DNA of 64,000 nucleotides from Bugula neritina (Eukaryota; Animalia; Bryozoa). This document shows positions 51,746 through 64,000 of this stretch, in pieces (positions within the stretch are counted from its first letter, which is position 1; every line of letters starts with the position of its first letter). Below the pieces are notes generated by a model. That model was not told the origin of the DNA, did not search any database, and saw only the letters and a list, made by a program, of their open reading frames with translations. A program made the position numbers and the translations under genes. The stretch spans positions 620,001 through 684,000 of the forward strand of contig OZ037772.1 in NCBI GenBank assembly GCA_964035545.1. The letters run 5' to 3'.

Positions 51746-52349
51746 GTTTATTATGGAGCTCATACTTTTATTGTTCAAGGTCTAGATGTATTCTCCACCA
51801 TGTTTTTACTAGAAGTAAACTTTAATTTGGTAATAAGTATAAAATAAACTGTTGTTTCGCATTGTACAGTTTACTATTGCCTGAATATTGTATTGAGAAT
51901 ATTGGCTTAACAATTCCAGTGCAGCGATGTGATTGGCCTGACAATATCAAAGTAGTGATGTGATTGGCTACTCTGTTCTGTTTTGCAGGGCCATGCCTAC
52001 TTGTATTATGTGTTAATCTTGTTTTGCAGTGAACAGAAAGGGATAATGGGTCCCAAAAGACACCTGGGATCTTACCATGGAGAGGAAGGGTTCACCCGAT
52101 GTTGATGGCCTGCCTGGTATATCCGGCAATCCTGGAGATGCAGGAGAAAGGAGACCACCTTGTTTGTCAGGAGATACCGGACTTTTTGGAGAACCAGGTG
52201 ATGTTTATGCTCAATTGAGTTCAATCTGTCAAGTTATGTTGGGATCTTTTTCGTTTTCGTTATTTTATGTTTGTTACGTGGAAAAAGGAAAAAACTCTGT
52301 CTTGGAGCATTTTGGTTTTTTCAGAGAGCTTTGGATTATTTGATTATGG

Positions 52350-52510
52350 TCTACACAGGGGTGTAGACAAACTAAACTAGACAGGGGTGTAGGCAGACTA
52401 AACTACACAGGGGTGTAGACAAACTAAACTAGACAGGCGTGTAGACAGAATAAAATACACAGGGCTGTAAACAGACTAAACTACACAGGGCTGTAGACAG
52501 ACTAGACTAA
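52350..52510. repeat. About 29-bp repeat x5-6 (CTACACAGGGGTGTAGACAAACTAAA-like)
   Basis: Direct inspection. Confidence 0.75.
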
Positions 52511-55505
52511 CCAGTGGTCTAGATGGACTAAACCTACTACGAACTTACAATTACCTTGCGTCATGACGTCTCTATTCTCTCCTATAATTTGACTTTTATT
52601 TAGCGAGCAGATTTCTAGTAGGCTATTCTATAGTGACCAGTCACACTGTTTGTTATAGCAACATAGAAATCAAGTTGAAAACTAGTTGCACCTGTTGTGA
52701 TGCTATCAATGGGTGCTTACAGGTAGAGACGGAGTACCTGGACCTGTTGAGATCGGATATCAGGGTAAACAAGGAGATCAAGGTCCTGCTGGTAAAAATG
52801 AGGAGTTACTCACCCTTGCTTGTGTATTTCTGTTCTTTTTAGGTATTCTATAATATGCTGGGGTTTCCCTCACAGCTAGTCTGCACTAAGGCAGGGAGTA
52901 AGCTAAGTAATCATAATATTGAATTCCAGCAGTGCTTGTTACTCCAACTGACAGGATTACTGTGTATGATAGTTGCTCTGACTGGTTTTCATGGATTATT
53001 TTTACCATACTGTTTACCACATGATGCATTGTCTGAGTAAAAACAAGAAAACAAAGAAATATACCAGAAATGTTGAGAAATGTGGTGTTCCAGATTTATT
53101 AAATGACCACTTGTAATGCATACTAATGCTGCTTGGTTCATAGGACCTGTCGAACAAGCTGGAGAATCTGGTCTGGATGGCAGAAATGGAAAGACAGGAG
53201 AAACTGCACGAACTGGTATGCCTAGTCCAACCGCCTCAAGGGGGGTCACTGGAGAACCCGGATCTGATGGAAGGTATTTTTTGTGTTTCACTTCGCCTTA
53301 TTCAGCTTCTTGGAACTTTTTCCCTGATTTGGTTTTTTATAATTTGTTATCAATTTTATCAGAAACGGTTTACCTGGAGTACTGGGTGCTGATGGTAAAC
53401 ATGGGGAGCAGGGCGTTCGAAGATCTCCTGGCTCCATGGATCCAGTGGGAATCCCCGGTAACCAGGGACCTGAAGGTGCTCAAGGAGACAAGGGTGATAA
53501 GGTAAGAACATTCTTTATTCAGTTTTCTATTTATTTCAGTTCTCTGGTTTTCCACTAGTCAATCCTGTAGTTGTTTATTTGTTTTAGTTTATTTATGTTA
53601 ATACTAGAGTTGCTTCAGTGACATCACATCATGTAATCTATTACATAACAGTGCAGTATAATACACCATAATATAATATGTCACATAATATAATATTATT
53701 ACAGAAAATATTATTCAATAATATCTCACAGCTAAGGTGTGTCTCCTAAATATATTCATTACTATAGGGGCCAGCTGGGCCACAGGGTGTTTTTGGACCA
53801 ACTGGATTGTCTGGACCAGCGAGTCCACGTGGGCCAACTGGTCCTCAGGAACCCCAGGGAGCTAAGGGAGTTGCTGCCGAAATGGAACTAAAGGAAAGGA
53901 TTAGGTTGAATCAATCTTTGTCCTTAGTTATTGGCCATCAACAGAAGTATGGCTCTAAGAGTTATCCTACTTGGTAAGAAGGTAAGGCAACTCCTAAGTC
54001 ATGATAATATGAATGTTGCTGCTGTTGTAAGACTCACTGGTTTCCAGGGACCGCAGGGATTCCCCGGATCACTTGTTATTGCTGGACCACCCGGGCTACT
54101 GGGTGCTGATGGCAAACAAGGAATAACTGGTTCTTCTGGTGCTATGGGTGCTACGGGACCACCTGGACCTGATGGTGCTAAGGTAAACACTTGCACTGTT
54201 AGCAGGTTATTGTTATTCATCTTGTTAGTTTGGTGGTAATAAACCAATAGTCTGTATTTCTAGGGTGAACAAGGGAGAGATGGGGAAATGGGTAGTCCTG
54301 GCAGACCTGGACCTCCTGGTAAAGCCCAGTATTTGGTTAGTTATAAGTAAAACCGAATCATTGTTCATTACTTGTATCTTTTTTATTTTTTTTCAACTGT
54401 TTATTGGTAATCTTTTGGGAATTTCATTCGTAGCCTGTGATTAAAGCTTTTATTTTATTCTACCATGGGTTATGTTAGGTGTGCCCCCTATGCTTATGAG
54501 CGCAATGATGTCCAACGGTAAAGGTGTACAAGCAGATGATGCAGGCGCCAACAATGAGCTCTATAATATATACCTCAGTGAGTAATAGCCATGATGTGCT
54601 TTGACGTTGCTTTGTAGACGTTTTAAATGCTGTTTTGGAACTCAAATGAAAGACTTGTTTCAAATTGTGTGTATGTTTTTGCAGACACACAATTTTATAA
54701 TTAACTGCTAGAAAATATGGTAATAAAAATGAAGACAGCTGTTATAATGTATTTCTCCTCCTAGCATTGATGATTGACATTCTTGTTTGATGAGTCACCT
54801 ATTTAGTTTGTTTCTTCAGTTAAATGTTGCTACATTCTGACATATTATATAATGTTGGCTTTATTGCTGTTAGCTTACAGGGACAGGTACAAAAACAGCT
54901 CTGTTAGAGACTGTAGAGAACTTTTCACTGAAAACCCAGAGTTCAAGATAAAAATTTATTGGGTGAGAAAAATGCTGATATGTTTCTATTTTCTCTGCTC
55001 AGAGGAATTCTGTATCCAAGTCTGATGACTGAAATTCTGTGAACATGTTTTATATTTTGCAATTGCTACTCCTGAGATGTCAATATAATGTCATGTGAAG
55101 TTTCCACAGATATTTAATGAATTGTTGTTTAGAAATAAGAGTTTTTCCATGTGTTGCCTGTATTATATAATTCTGTATATTCAACAGCTGAACAGGTTTT
55201 AGTAGTTTTATTCGATATTAGCATTATGTTAGTGTGAAATAGAGAAGTTGTATTCTCTATCGTTTGTTGTCAGGTGGAGCCAGATGGTGGCTCCATAGCT
55301 AATGCTATCCAGGCTTACTGGCGCAAGGAAATGAAGAGCACTTGCATCAATGCCAAGACCTCTGAGTTTGCCACCAAGTCGTACGTCACCCAGCAGCTAG
55401 ATAATCAGCCATCCGTTGCTTTAAACACATGGGAACAGCACTCGTAAGTGTTTATCTTGTATCAACCATGACTTTCTTAGTAAGAGTCAAGAATATCCAA
55501 GAGTT

Positions 55506-56121
55506 TTATGTTGATCATTGTCTCTATAGTAACATATTTGTATACTGTATGGATGTTGATAAGTGTTGCTATAGTAACATGTTGGTTTCCTGTATGAATG
55601 TTGATAAGTGTTGCTATAGTAACATGTTGGTTTCCTGTATGAATGTTGATAAGTGTTGCTATAGTAAGTTGTTGGTTTCCTGTATGGATGTTGATAAGTG
55701 TTGCTATAGTAACATGTTGGTTTCCTGTATGAATGTTGATAAGTGTTGCTATAGTAACTTGTTGGTTTCCTGTATGGATGTTGATAAGTGTTGCTATAGT
55801 AACTTGTTGGTTTCCTGTATGGATGTTGATGGGTGTTGCTATAGTAACATGTTGGTTTCCTGTATGGATGTTGATAAGTGTTGCTATAGTAACATGTTGG
55901 TTTCCTGTATGGATGTTGATAAGTGTTGCTATAGTAACCTGTTGGTTTCCTGTATGGATGTTGATAAGTGTTGCTATAGTAACATGTTGGTTTCCTGTAT
56001 GGATGTTGATAAGTGTTGCTATAGTAACCTGTTGGTTTCCTGTATGGATGTTGATAAGTGTTGCTATAGTAACCTGTTGGTTTCCTGTATGAATGTTGAT
56101 AAGTGTTGCTATAGTAACATG
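55506..56121. repeat. 45-bp minisatellite, about 13 copies
   Basis: Unit GTATGGATGTTGATAAGTGTTGCTATAGTAACATGTTGGTTTCCT. Confidence 0.95.
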
Positions 56122-57304
56122 CAGATTGCTATATCTATTTCATAAATCACCCAAAAAACAACAGGCTTCTTCTTGAGCTGAGTGATTTCTTTGCAGGATT
56201 TTTGCAAGGTATCTAAATCTGACCTATATACTGTAAATCTGACCTATATAGTGTAAACCTAACCTATAAAGCGTAAATTCGACCTGCATATGAACATGAT
56301 TGCGATAGTTGCATCTTTTTTTGTATTAATATACAATATAGCTTGCCTTTCAGGCTTTTTAATAACTGCTCATGAGATTAACCCAAAAGCCACTTTGATT
56401 TCTTTGCGAGTTTTGAGTTTGCCCTCTGCCATTTTGTAGTATGCCAAATCATCAGAAGCTCAGACGGCGATTGAGATTGACACCAAGACCGCCACCTACT
56501 TGCCTATTATTGACATTGCTCCTGGTGACATCGGGACCACCCACAAAGAGTTTGGGGTTCAGCTTGGAGAAGTCTGCTTTTCATAGACTCATACCTAACA
56601 ACAGTTTTATTTGTCTGATTTGTAAAACTGTTCCTGATTAGATAATTAGTGGCCAATCAGAGAATGCAATCAATGTTAGTTGGCTGAGACCAGCAGTCTG
56701 ATTTTTATATAACCTAATTTTAAATGAAATATTTGATTACTCTAAATAAATTTATCCGAGACTTCTGAGGCAGTGATGGTGATTTTTGTACATATAAATT
56801 TGAAGAAGTTTAGCTATAGGGTTTATGCTGTTATTTTAATTATTCCACCATAACCTGAGATTGTGAGTAGTAATTGTAGAATGAGTTAGGGAGGGTATTA
56901 TGCCCCTTCCTGTGATTTTATATATTTTGAAACTGTTGTTGATTTAGTAATTCTGTTGGTGCCACATTTTTAAATTTATTTAATCCAATCATTTCTTTAA
57001 TATTGCAAAATATATTTTACCATATGGCACTACACAACTTATTTCTCAGCTTGTAGATTTCATCATCAAAATTATTACAGTACTAAAGTTGGTCACAGAT
57101 TTCTGATAAGCTGCAGTTTTCAGATTTGATTATTTAACCTATTCATCCTGAAATTAGACATTGTTGGTTTAAAATGGAGTGTAACATATATTTTAGTCAC
57201 TTAGTTCCAACTGTGTTGACCATATCAACATTTTAAATTTTACTTTGGCTGCTATGAAGTATATAAGCAAATGGCATTAAGTTATTAATATATAATAAAG
57301 TTTA

Positions 57305-57454
57305 CAAAGACTTAATATACCAAGCAACTGTGACAAGACATGACAATAACTCCAGCCAATCATACATAGGACTCTGTTCAACTACCTTCAAAACCAGATT
57401 CAACAACCATAAAGCCTCTTTCCTACATGCAGATAAAACCAACAGCACACAACT

Positions 57455-57457
<3 letters not shown>
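57305..57457 (+). mobile_element. Penelope-like GIY-YIG fragment (paralog of 9899)
   Basis: YIGLCSTTFKTRFNNHKASF; truncated by (TA)n. Confidence 0.7.
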
Positions 57458-57525
<68 letters not shown>

Positions 57526-57858
57526 AGATTGAGATATATATATATATATATATATTGAGATTGAGATATATATATATATATAATATATATGCGGCCCAGA
57601 GAGAAACTCAGTCATCATGAACTCCAATGTCAATAATTTGAATATACTACAATAATACATATAGTATATTATTATTACTCTTTCAGGATAATCATTCTAT
57701 TTATATTAACACCTGTTTATTTGAAGTAATTTAATAAGTTTTGCTGTAAATTTATTTCTCAAACCAGCATGTCAGTTAAATATAAAAGTACAATCACACA
57801 TACAACAGATAAACATGCAGTGATATACATTATAAAGCATATCATGTTGGTGAAATGC

Positions 57859-57984
57859 TATACAGTATATTATGTTATACATTATATTATGTTATACAGT
57901 ATATTATGTTATACAGTATATTATGTCATACAGTATACTATGTTATACAGTATATTATGTTATACAGTATATTATGTTATACAT
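57859..57984. repeat. Short array (about 7 copies) of the 17-bp CAGTATATTATGTTATA satellite
   Basis: Same unit as 10432-12515. Confidence 0.9.
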
Positions 57985-60900
57985 AGACTGGAGTATGATT
58001 TATTAATCCAATCAGATGCAAGTATGAACTGCGTGTTCCTGTAAAGTACAGCCAATCATAATCCTGTGCCAACTTTAGTGTCTCACAGTTAGTGAACTGC
58101 AAAAAAACCAACTCATTCACCACTATGTCAGTCAAATAATATGATATAAAGTATACCTATTGTGTATAGCAACAGCTGGGCTGTGGTGAAACTCTACCAG
58201 TCTATATTCTTACACGCAGACATGCATATTTAATTAATTTAACATTTTAAAAATGAACTTAAAACTCAAGAATTTAAAATATGAAACAAAATAATGTGTC
58301 CTATAAAAATAGCACAGCTTCTTAGAAGCAAGTATTTTACACTTGAACATGCAGAGTTTGTACAGCTTATAATGGTGACATTGTTGAATTGATACACACC
58401 TCTGATTGGATGAGTTTTACATAATAAAACAATTGTTCATCACTTTTATTATTAGTCTAAGGTTGACAATAATTTACACTGTTAGTTATTGGTTGTAAAC
58501 TGATTAGTTCATCATTAAGTACTTGTTTGCTGCTGCCTGGTTTATAACTGCTTATCAAAATTTTAATAACAAGGACATTATCTTCTCTTGTTGTCTCCAG
58601 GTGCTACTGTATTTGACAGGTTTCCCTGTTAATAAAGTAATCTTATACTGATACTGATGACATCCACAAATACTTGTGTAGGGGAACAATTGACTCTTCT
58701 CTACAACAGGAAAAGAATTGGTAAGACACGTACCAATAATATTACATAGCTTATTTTATCAATTTACTTATCCTTAATTTTATTGATTAAAAGTTACTTG
58801 CATGTAGGCTATTTTATAAATTGTTCCTATTAGACTAATTTTAGTGTACCTATACAATACTAGGATTACATACGACTGTGGGATTATGCGGAGTACACAT
58901 TAAATCATAGACAGTGTCAATAATAGTTACGGTAGATTTTGCTCTTGGTGAGTTTGTTGGAAGAATTTACAGTCCAGTTCTTCGTGATGGAAAATTTTAA
59001 TCTGCAGAGCAACTCTAGTTAAAAAACTGTACATCTAAAGTTTGTTACTTCAAGTACTATACAAATATTATTATTAGCTTGACATTTCTTATCATTAAGG
59101 GGTGTTTAATATAAATATAATACTTGAGGTAAACATTCTCATGTGATATAATGTAACCTGAAGTTATATCATATGACTTGACTATCTCTACTAGAGTTAG
59201 GGTGGGTCACCAGACAGCCCACACATATCCATACACTACATCACATACTGTAGGAAAACAGGGCTAATGTAATAAGTATGGAATAGTTGACCCAGCAGTT
59301 AGATACTTTGGTATAGAGACTCTAACTTTCTAGTATTAGAATATAAATATTACTCTAAAGATTTGGTATATCAGAGAGCCAGTCACTCAACACCAATTAT
59401 AAACTTGGTTGTCTCAATCAGAGCTGGTCTCTGTGTATTTCAGTTTGTTTTAAAGGATCTCTGAATCTTCCCCAGTCATTATATGAGCTGCCTTTAAATA
59501 TATACAATAGTTTTAATACAATACAAAGACAATTATTGTTAACACATGTCAAGTAATAGAACAGGAATAAGGCCTCTCTGGTAGTTATTTGAATATCTAC
59601 TTAAGAAGTATAACTAAATATACAATAATAACTACATATCTAGAAACATGCAGAATATTATACTTGAAGAAATCTCTTGTAACAAAGTATTGTTACATAA
59701 CTGGAAAATAGAGAAACTATATTTCACAATTCAGAACACAATCTGCAATCAGCATTCAGTGCTGAAATTAAGCAAAAGCGATGACAGTTGTTATATGAAT
59801 ATAATAATATCATGATGTAAATAATGGTAGGTCACGTGACTCAACAGATACACGCCCCTTCTGCTGTAACATTATAACGTCATTGAACACAGTCATTCAC
59901 ACGTTGACTGAAGAGGACTACACATTGATAACTCGGAGGTTAGTATAACATTTATAGACTTAGTTTATCAATAGTCGGCAATCAGTATAAGTATTACATT
60001 TACTACATTACTATAACTATTAGTATTAGAATTAGATTCAGTGTTGCAATCAGTTTTAATACCACGCTCGCTACCATCATCATTAAATTTATTTAAAATG
60101 ATTATCTTAACAAGTTATACTTATAGTAGGTTTATTAATATTATTATTTATAACCAGTGAGTCACTTATCTTTACTTTGTGAATTTATGATTGTAACACT
60201 GAATAGCATTATCATCATTATAATTATAATAATAGTTATAATTATGTTTGCAAGTTTTTAAATTAATGTTACACTTAGTGACTTACTCGATTTGAATATC
60301 AGAATATCTTACCACTGGCACTAGTCAGTTATTAATGACAGTGCATAGTGATAGTGATCACTGCATGTGAGACATTGTCATACCCTGCACATCCCAATGC
60401 ACTGCCCTTCTGTATTCATTGTGAATAGCATATTTAGTTGGCTTATATTATTTTACTCAGCTTTGATTATACAACTAACATGTACTGCACTGCTCTAATT
60501 TATGTAACAACACTAGTTGCTGCTATCTTTACCTCTAAATTTATATCATTTAAAAAACTAACATATTTACATGATAGGTATTAAAATTAAAGTTACATAA
60601 TTGGAATTGACTATTCTATAGATTACTGAGAATATAAGGTTAGCCGCATTTATATGATGTTGTAGACATAAAATATGAGGTTAGTGTTAACAAATCATTT
60701 GCTAGGTAAGAGTGTAGAATAAATAATTTGCTAGAGATGAGTGTAGAAGCTGCCAACTCATGAAACAACTACACCTGACCTAACAGAAGCACAAAAATGT
60801 TAAATTAGTATGTTTCACACCACCATAGTTTCTATTAGATGATTAGAATAGCAAACTAGCAGTTAATGGCATGTTTCCTGACTTATGGAAGGGTGACTCT

Positions 60901-61451
60901 AAGTAACATATTGAATCATGCATCACCAACACTGCAGAAATGTTAAAATGAGTTTTGTCATGTAGATTATTGAGAAAACAAAAAAATTTTAACACCTAGT
61001 ACAAACTATTTCATAGAACTATGTTTTCTCACACTGCTATGTTCCCCCTGGTTAGTTTCTCACGCATGCTATACACTCCTTGCTATGTAATAGTTCAAAG
61101 TACACCCTGGGAAGGAACAAAGTCTATCCTATGCTCAGGTGTGGACTCTGTCCCAGTAGTGTGTCAAAATACTCAGTTAGAAACACATTATTATTGGGAG
61201 TTCATGAAGTCTCCAGCTTATATAAGCAGCTGAGCCCAATTCTGCTGTTTGTTCATGAAATTAATACATAACTCACCGGTATTCATGTTTTACTTCTCCT
61301 CTTCATATTGATGGTCTGGTTATGACTTAGAAGTTAATGTGTCAGTCTTTGGTTGGGAAGGTGAAGGACAAACCTTCACAGATGTAGTGTAAAATATTAT
61401 GCTAAGAGTATATGTGCATCTTTTACAGGATTTCCTTATCATATAACCAAG

Positions 61452-61633
61452 ATGGCAGAATCCAGAGTCGTGAAAAAGAGACTAAACAATTCGTATCGCT
61501 GTGGGTACTGCTCGCAGTACTTCAACAAACTTGAAGATCCCAGAACTCTGCCCTGTCTGCACGTGTACTGCATGAGATGTTTGAAGACTGACATAGGTGG
61601 TAGGAAGGATCATATCAGATGTGCTTATTGTAG
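61452..61633 (+). CDS. Second TRIM gene, RING exon (rest expected beyond the window)
   Basis: Amino-acid-identical to 16741-16922; same AG|GTGAGT donor. Confidence 0.85.
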
Positions 61634-63643
61634 GTGAGTTACAGTACATAACACAATATATCATGTCATAGGCTTGCGTATGACTTTCTCACTATCATCT
61701 AGGAGTTGTCTGATCTGTGTCTATGAAAAGCAAACAATACTGTATATTCTATGTGAACTCTGGTTACTAACTTGTGGAGTGTGTGGATATCTTTTCATTA
61801 GGTAGAGAAAATATCTGTTATGTAGATTGCACCATCAGCTGTCCTCTCTTGTTGAATTGTGGTGCTGTTGGATGTCATGAGATTGGGGTTGTCTCCTCAT
61901 TATATTTCTTTGTTCTCATACAGTACAAGACTTGTTAGAGCAGTCATTCCCAATCTTTTTCATACCATTCCCACTTTCATACATGTTTACTGTTGATTTC
62001 CCTCCCTTTTGACAATCGGAAATTTTTATGAGTGACAAAATGATAATATAGATTACAATGCAATATTTTTCCATTACATTTGAATACAATATAGTTATTT
62101 CTGATAATTATATTATGCATGTGTAAAACACAGAGCAGTTCAATTAATGATATTATGGCTGCAGCTGATGACATTGTACCAGCTTGCTTTCAAACCTCCC
62201 ACCCCAACCCTTAAACCCCAACCCCAAAATTGAAATTAAAAACACATTCATGTAGAAGTAGACTGAGATGGCAGAACTGGTTAAATGGATAAGCTAAGAT
62301 GAAGGCTTATAGATATACATGTACATGTAACTTGCAAGGGCTCAAAGTCTTCAACAAACTGCTTGAAATTTTTGAAATCAAAATCTCAGCTCTCCCTAAA
62401 AAGCCCAAATTCCCTCTTAGAAGAATCCCCCAGGTTGGGAACCACTGTGTTGAATTGACTTGTGTTTACCATCTTCTTTCCTGTGATTAAAAACATGTAT
62501 GATGTTGTCATGACAACACAGTTGCTGTAGCACAAAGTACAGTTTACTAGTATGTAGTGATTGTGTAGTGAGAGTGGAGTGTCTGGTTATTGTCCATGGT
62601 TATGTGTAATCTGTAAGGAGTAGAATTATATTATTTTAATATAATGTTGAGAGAGGTACTTTTATAATGGCAGTTTGCTAAATAGCTTTAGTTCTAATGC
62701 CATAGACTCATAGCTCTGGAGTCTAGCAGCTGCTACTATTACCACTAGCTGTTCAAAGTTCTGCCAACATCCGGGCTGCCAAAGTGTAATAGCCATTGGC
62801 AAGGCCAAGCAGTCACTGGGAAATTATTTGACTAAAGAGCAGGTCTTATGACAATTAGTAGTCAGTCCCTTAGACAGGAAACAGTGATTCTGTGACCTAT
62901 TTACTTAAATCCAGAGCTGAACTTTTGATTGATTGTTAGATGGCCACCACAATTTTAGTTGATACAATATAATAATATGGGGTGTCAATCAGTGTGTAAT
63001 ATAATCTGTGAATTGAGTGTCTCCTTTAGCTTTGATGAGTTGATTATTTCTTCTACCATCAGTCAGTTGTATTGAGTGTTACTTGGTACTGAGTGATGAA
63101 TAGTGTTGAGGATTTGGGCCTATATTATGCCAACCCCCCCCCTCTGACTTAGACTGAGACCCAGCCTGCTGCACATACATAGTAGTACTACACTGAAGAT
63201 AGTTAACATGTGTATGTGTCGCCCTACTGGTAATGGATTACCAACTAGAGATAGATAAAGAGATAGACAACACTCATACGTGACACGCACTCACAGTGCA
63301 CTAGCTCTTGACACATTGCCAAGGATAATGAAATGACAGTTTCGGCCACTCCTAGCAGTTAGAGTGGCAGGAATAGTTGTAGTATGTTGTAGTATTGGCT
63401 CCTCAGAATTCACTCCTCAGTAATTAGTTGCATTGCACAAACTTGCAACAATAGTGAATAATTATTGACAATATGGCCTCCACTCAGTAGTTGACTAGTA
63501 ATTTGTCTTGTCATGAGTGATTATTTTCCAGCATATTAGGTACATAATATAGTCAAGTGTGTTTATGTGGTAGCCTGTGGTCTATATAATGATTGTGTGT
63601 TGGTGAGTGATGAGTATTTATTTGAGTATTTGTCAAGGACATA

Positions 63644-64000
63644 CACTGCCTTTCCATGAAGGCGAATGAATGCGTACGGATGCCCGTACGGATTACATCG
63701 AAGGAAAAACCACACATTCCTATGCAACCCGTATGAAGTTATCTTCTCTTTGCAATTGTGACTGCTGAACTAAAATGATAATTAATATGGCCAACTTTGA
63801 GTTTGAGTTCATGCACGATGGCAATTTTTTAACTCTGTCCCCACTTTTGATAGATTAAATCAATCAAATACACAAACTTTGAGTCAGTTCATTTAAAATA
63901 AAAAAGCATAAACCGATGAAAGCATAAAGTATTTCTCGGTCGATAAACTTAAGCTTTAAAATAATTTAAATTTTCAAAATGAAAATAGCTGTCAACTTAT
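63644..64000. mobile_element. Probable DNA-transposon insertion end (TA|CACTG...), absent from copy A
   Basis: Homology to copy A stops abruptly at GTCAAGGACA; the other end is outside the window. Confidence 0.4.

Larger units (their letters stand above)
52030..56586 (+). pseudogene. Fibrillar collagen pseudogene, copy B
   Basis: Gly-X-Y exons with broken Gly periodicity (ARTGMPSPTASRG) and frameshifts. Two COLFI exons are deleted. The last exon is intact (LPIIDIAPGDIGTTHKEFGVQLGEVCFS*). Confidence 0.9.
51759..63641 (+). repeat. Segmental duplicate of about 4830-18980 (collagen + TRIM 5' part)
   Basis: Collinear introns and exons throughout (e.g. 5580-8300 vs 52850-55500; 9000-10050 vs 56390-57457; 14790-18980 vs 59990-63640). 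Confidence 0.95.

Noticed and set aside
55429-56145. Metallothionein-like Cys-rich 238-aa ORF
   Set aside because: A 45-bp minisatellite derived from intron sequence that is single-copy in the paralog.
58601-58722. Exon-like segment (CAG|GTG...TG|GTAAG)
   Set aside because: Contains stops and no recognisable product; cannot be supported as coding.

Overview
AT-rich, intron-rich eukaryotic DNA, apparently from an invertebrate animal. The organism cannot be named from the sequence. Contents from left to right: (1) the 3' part of a Ty1/copia retrotransposon (IN-RT-RNaseH, PPT, 3' LTR); (2) a decayed fibrillar-collagen gene with cysteine-rich upstream exons and a COLFI C-propeptide; (3) an intact 7-coding-exon TRIM/RBCC gene (RING, two B-boxes, coiled coil, beta-propeller; about 619 aa); (4) a minus-strand C6orf136/DUF2358-like gene whose introns are packed with minisatellites; (5) a 10.2-kb composite insertion, in which a palindromic non-autonomous hAT element (8-bp TSD) carries a very young, full-length Ty3/gypsy element; (6) a second, differently decayed copy of the collagen + TRIM block (segmental duplication about 45-47 kb downstream). 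The gypsy element has a -1 frameshift signal and an extra C2H2 zinc-finger/coiled-coil ORF after integrase; this is the most novel-looking feature. Many MITEs, Penelope-type GIY-YIG fragments and tandem repeats are also present. All gene models were built by eye from splice signals, frame phase and recalled motifs; no database search was run.
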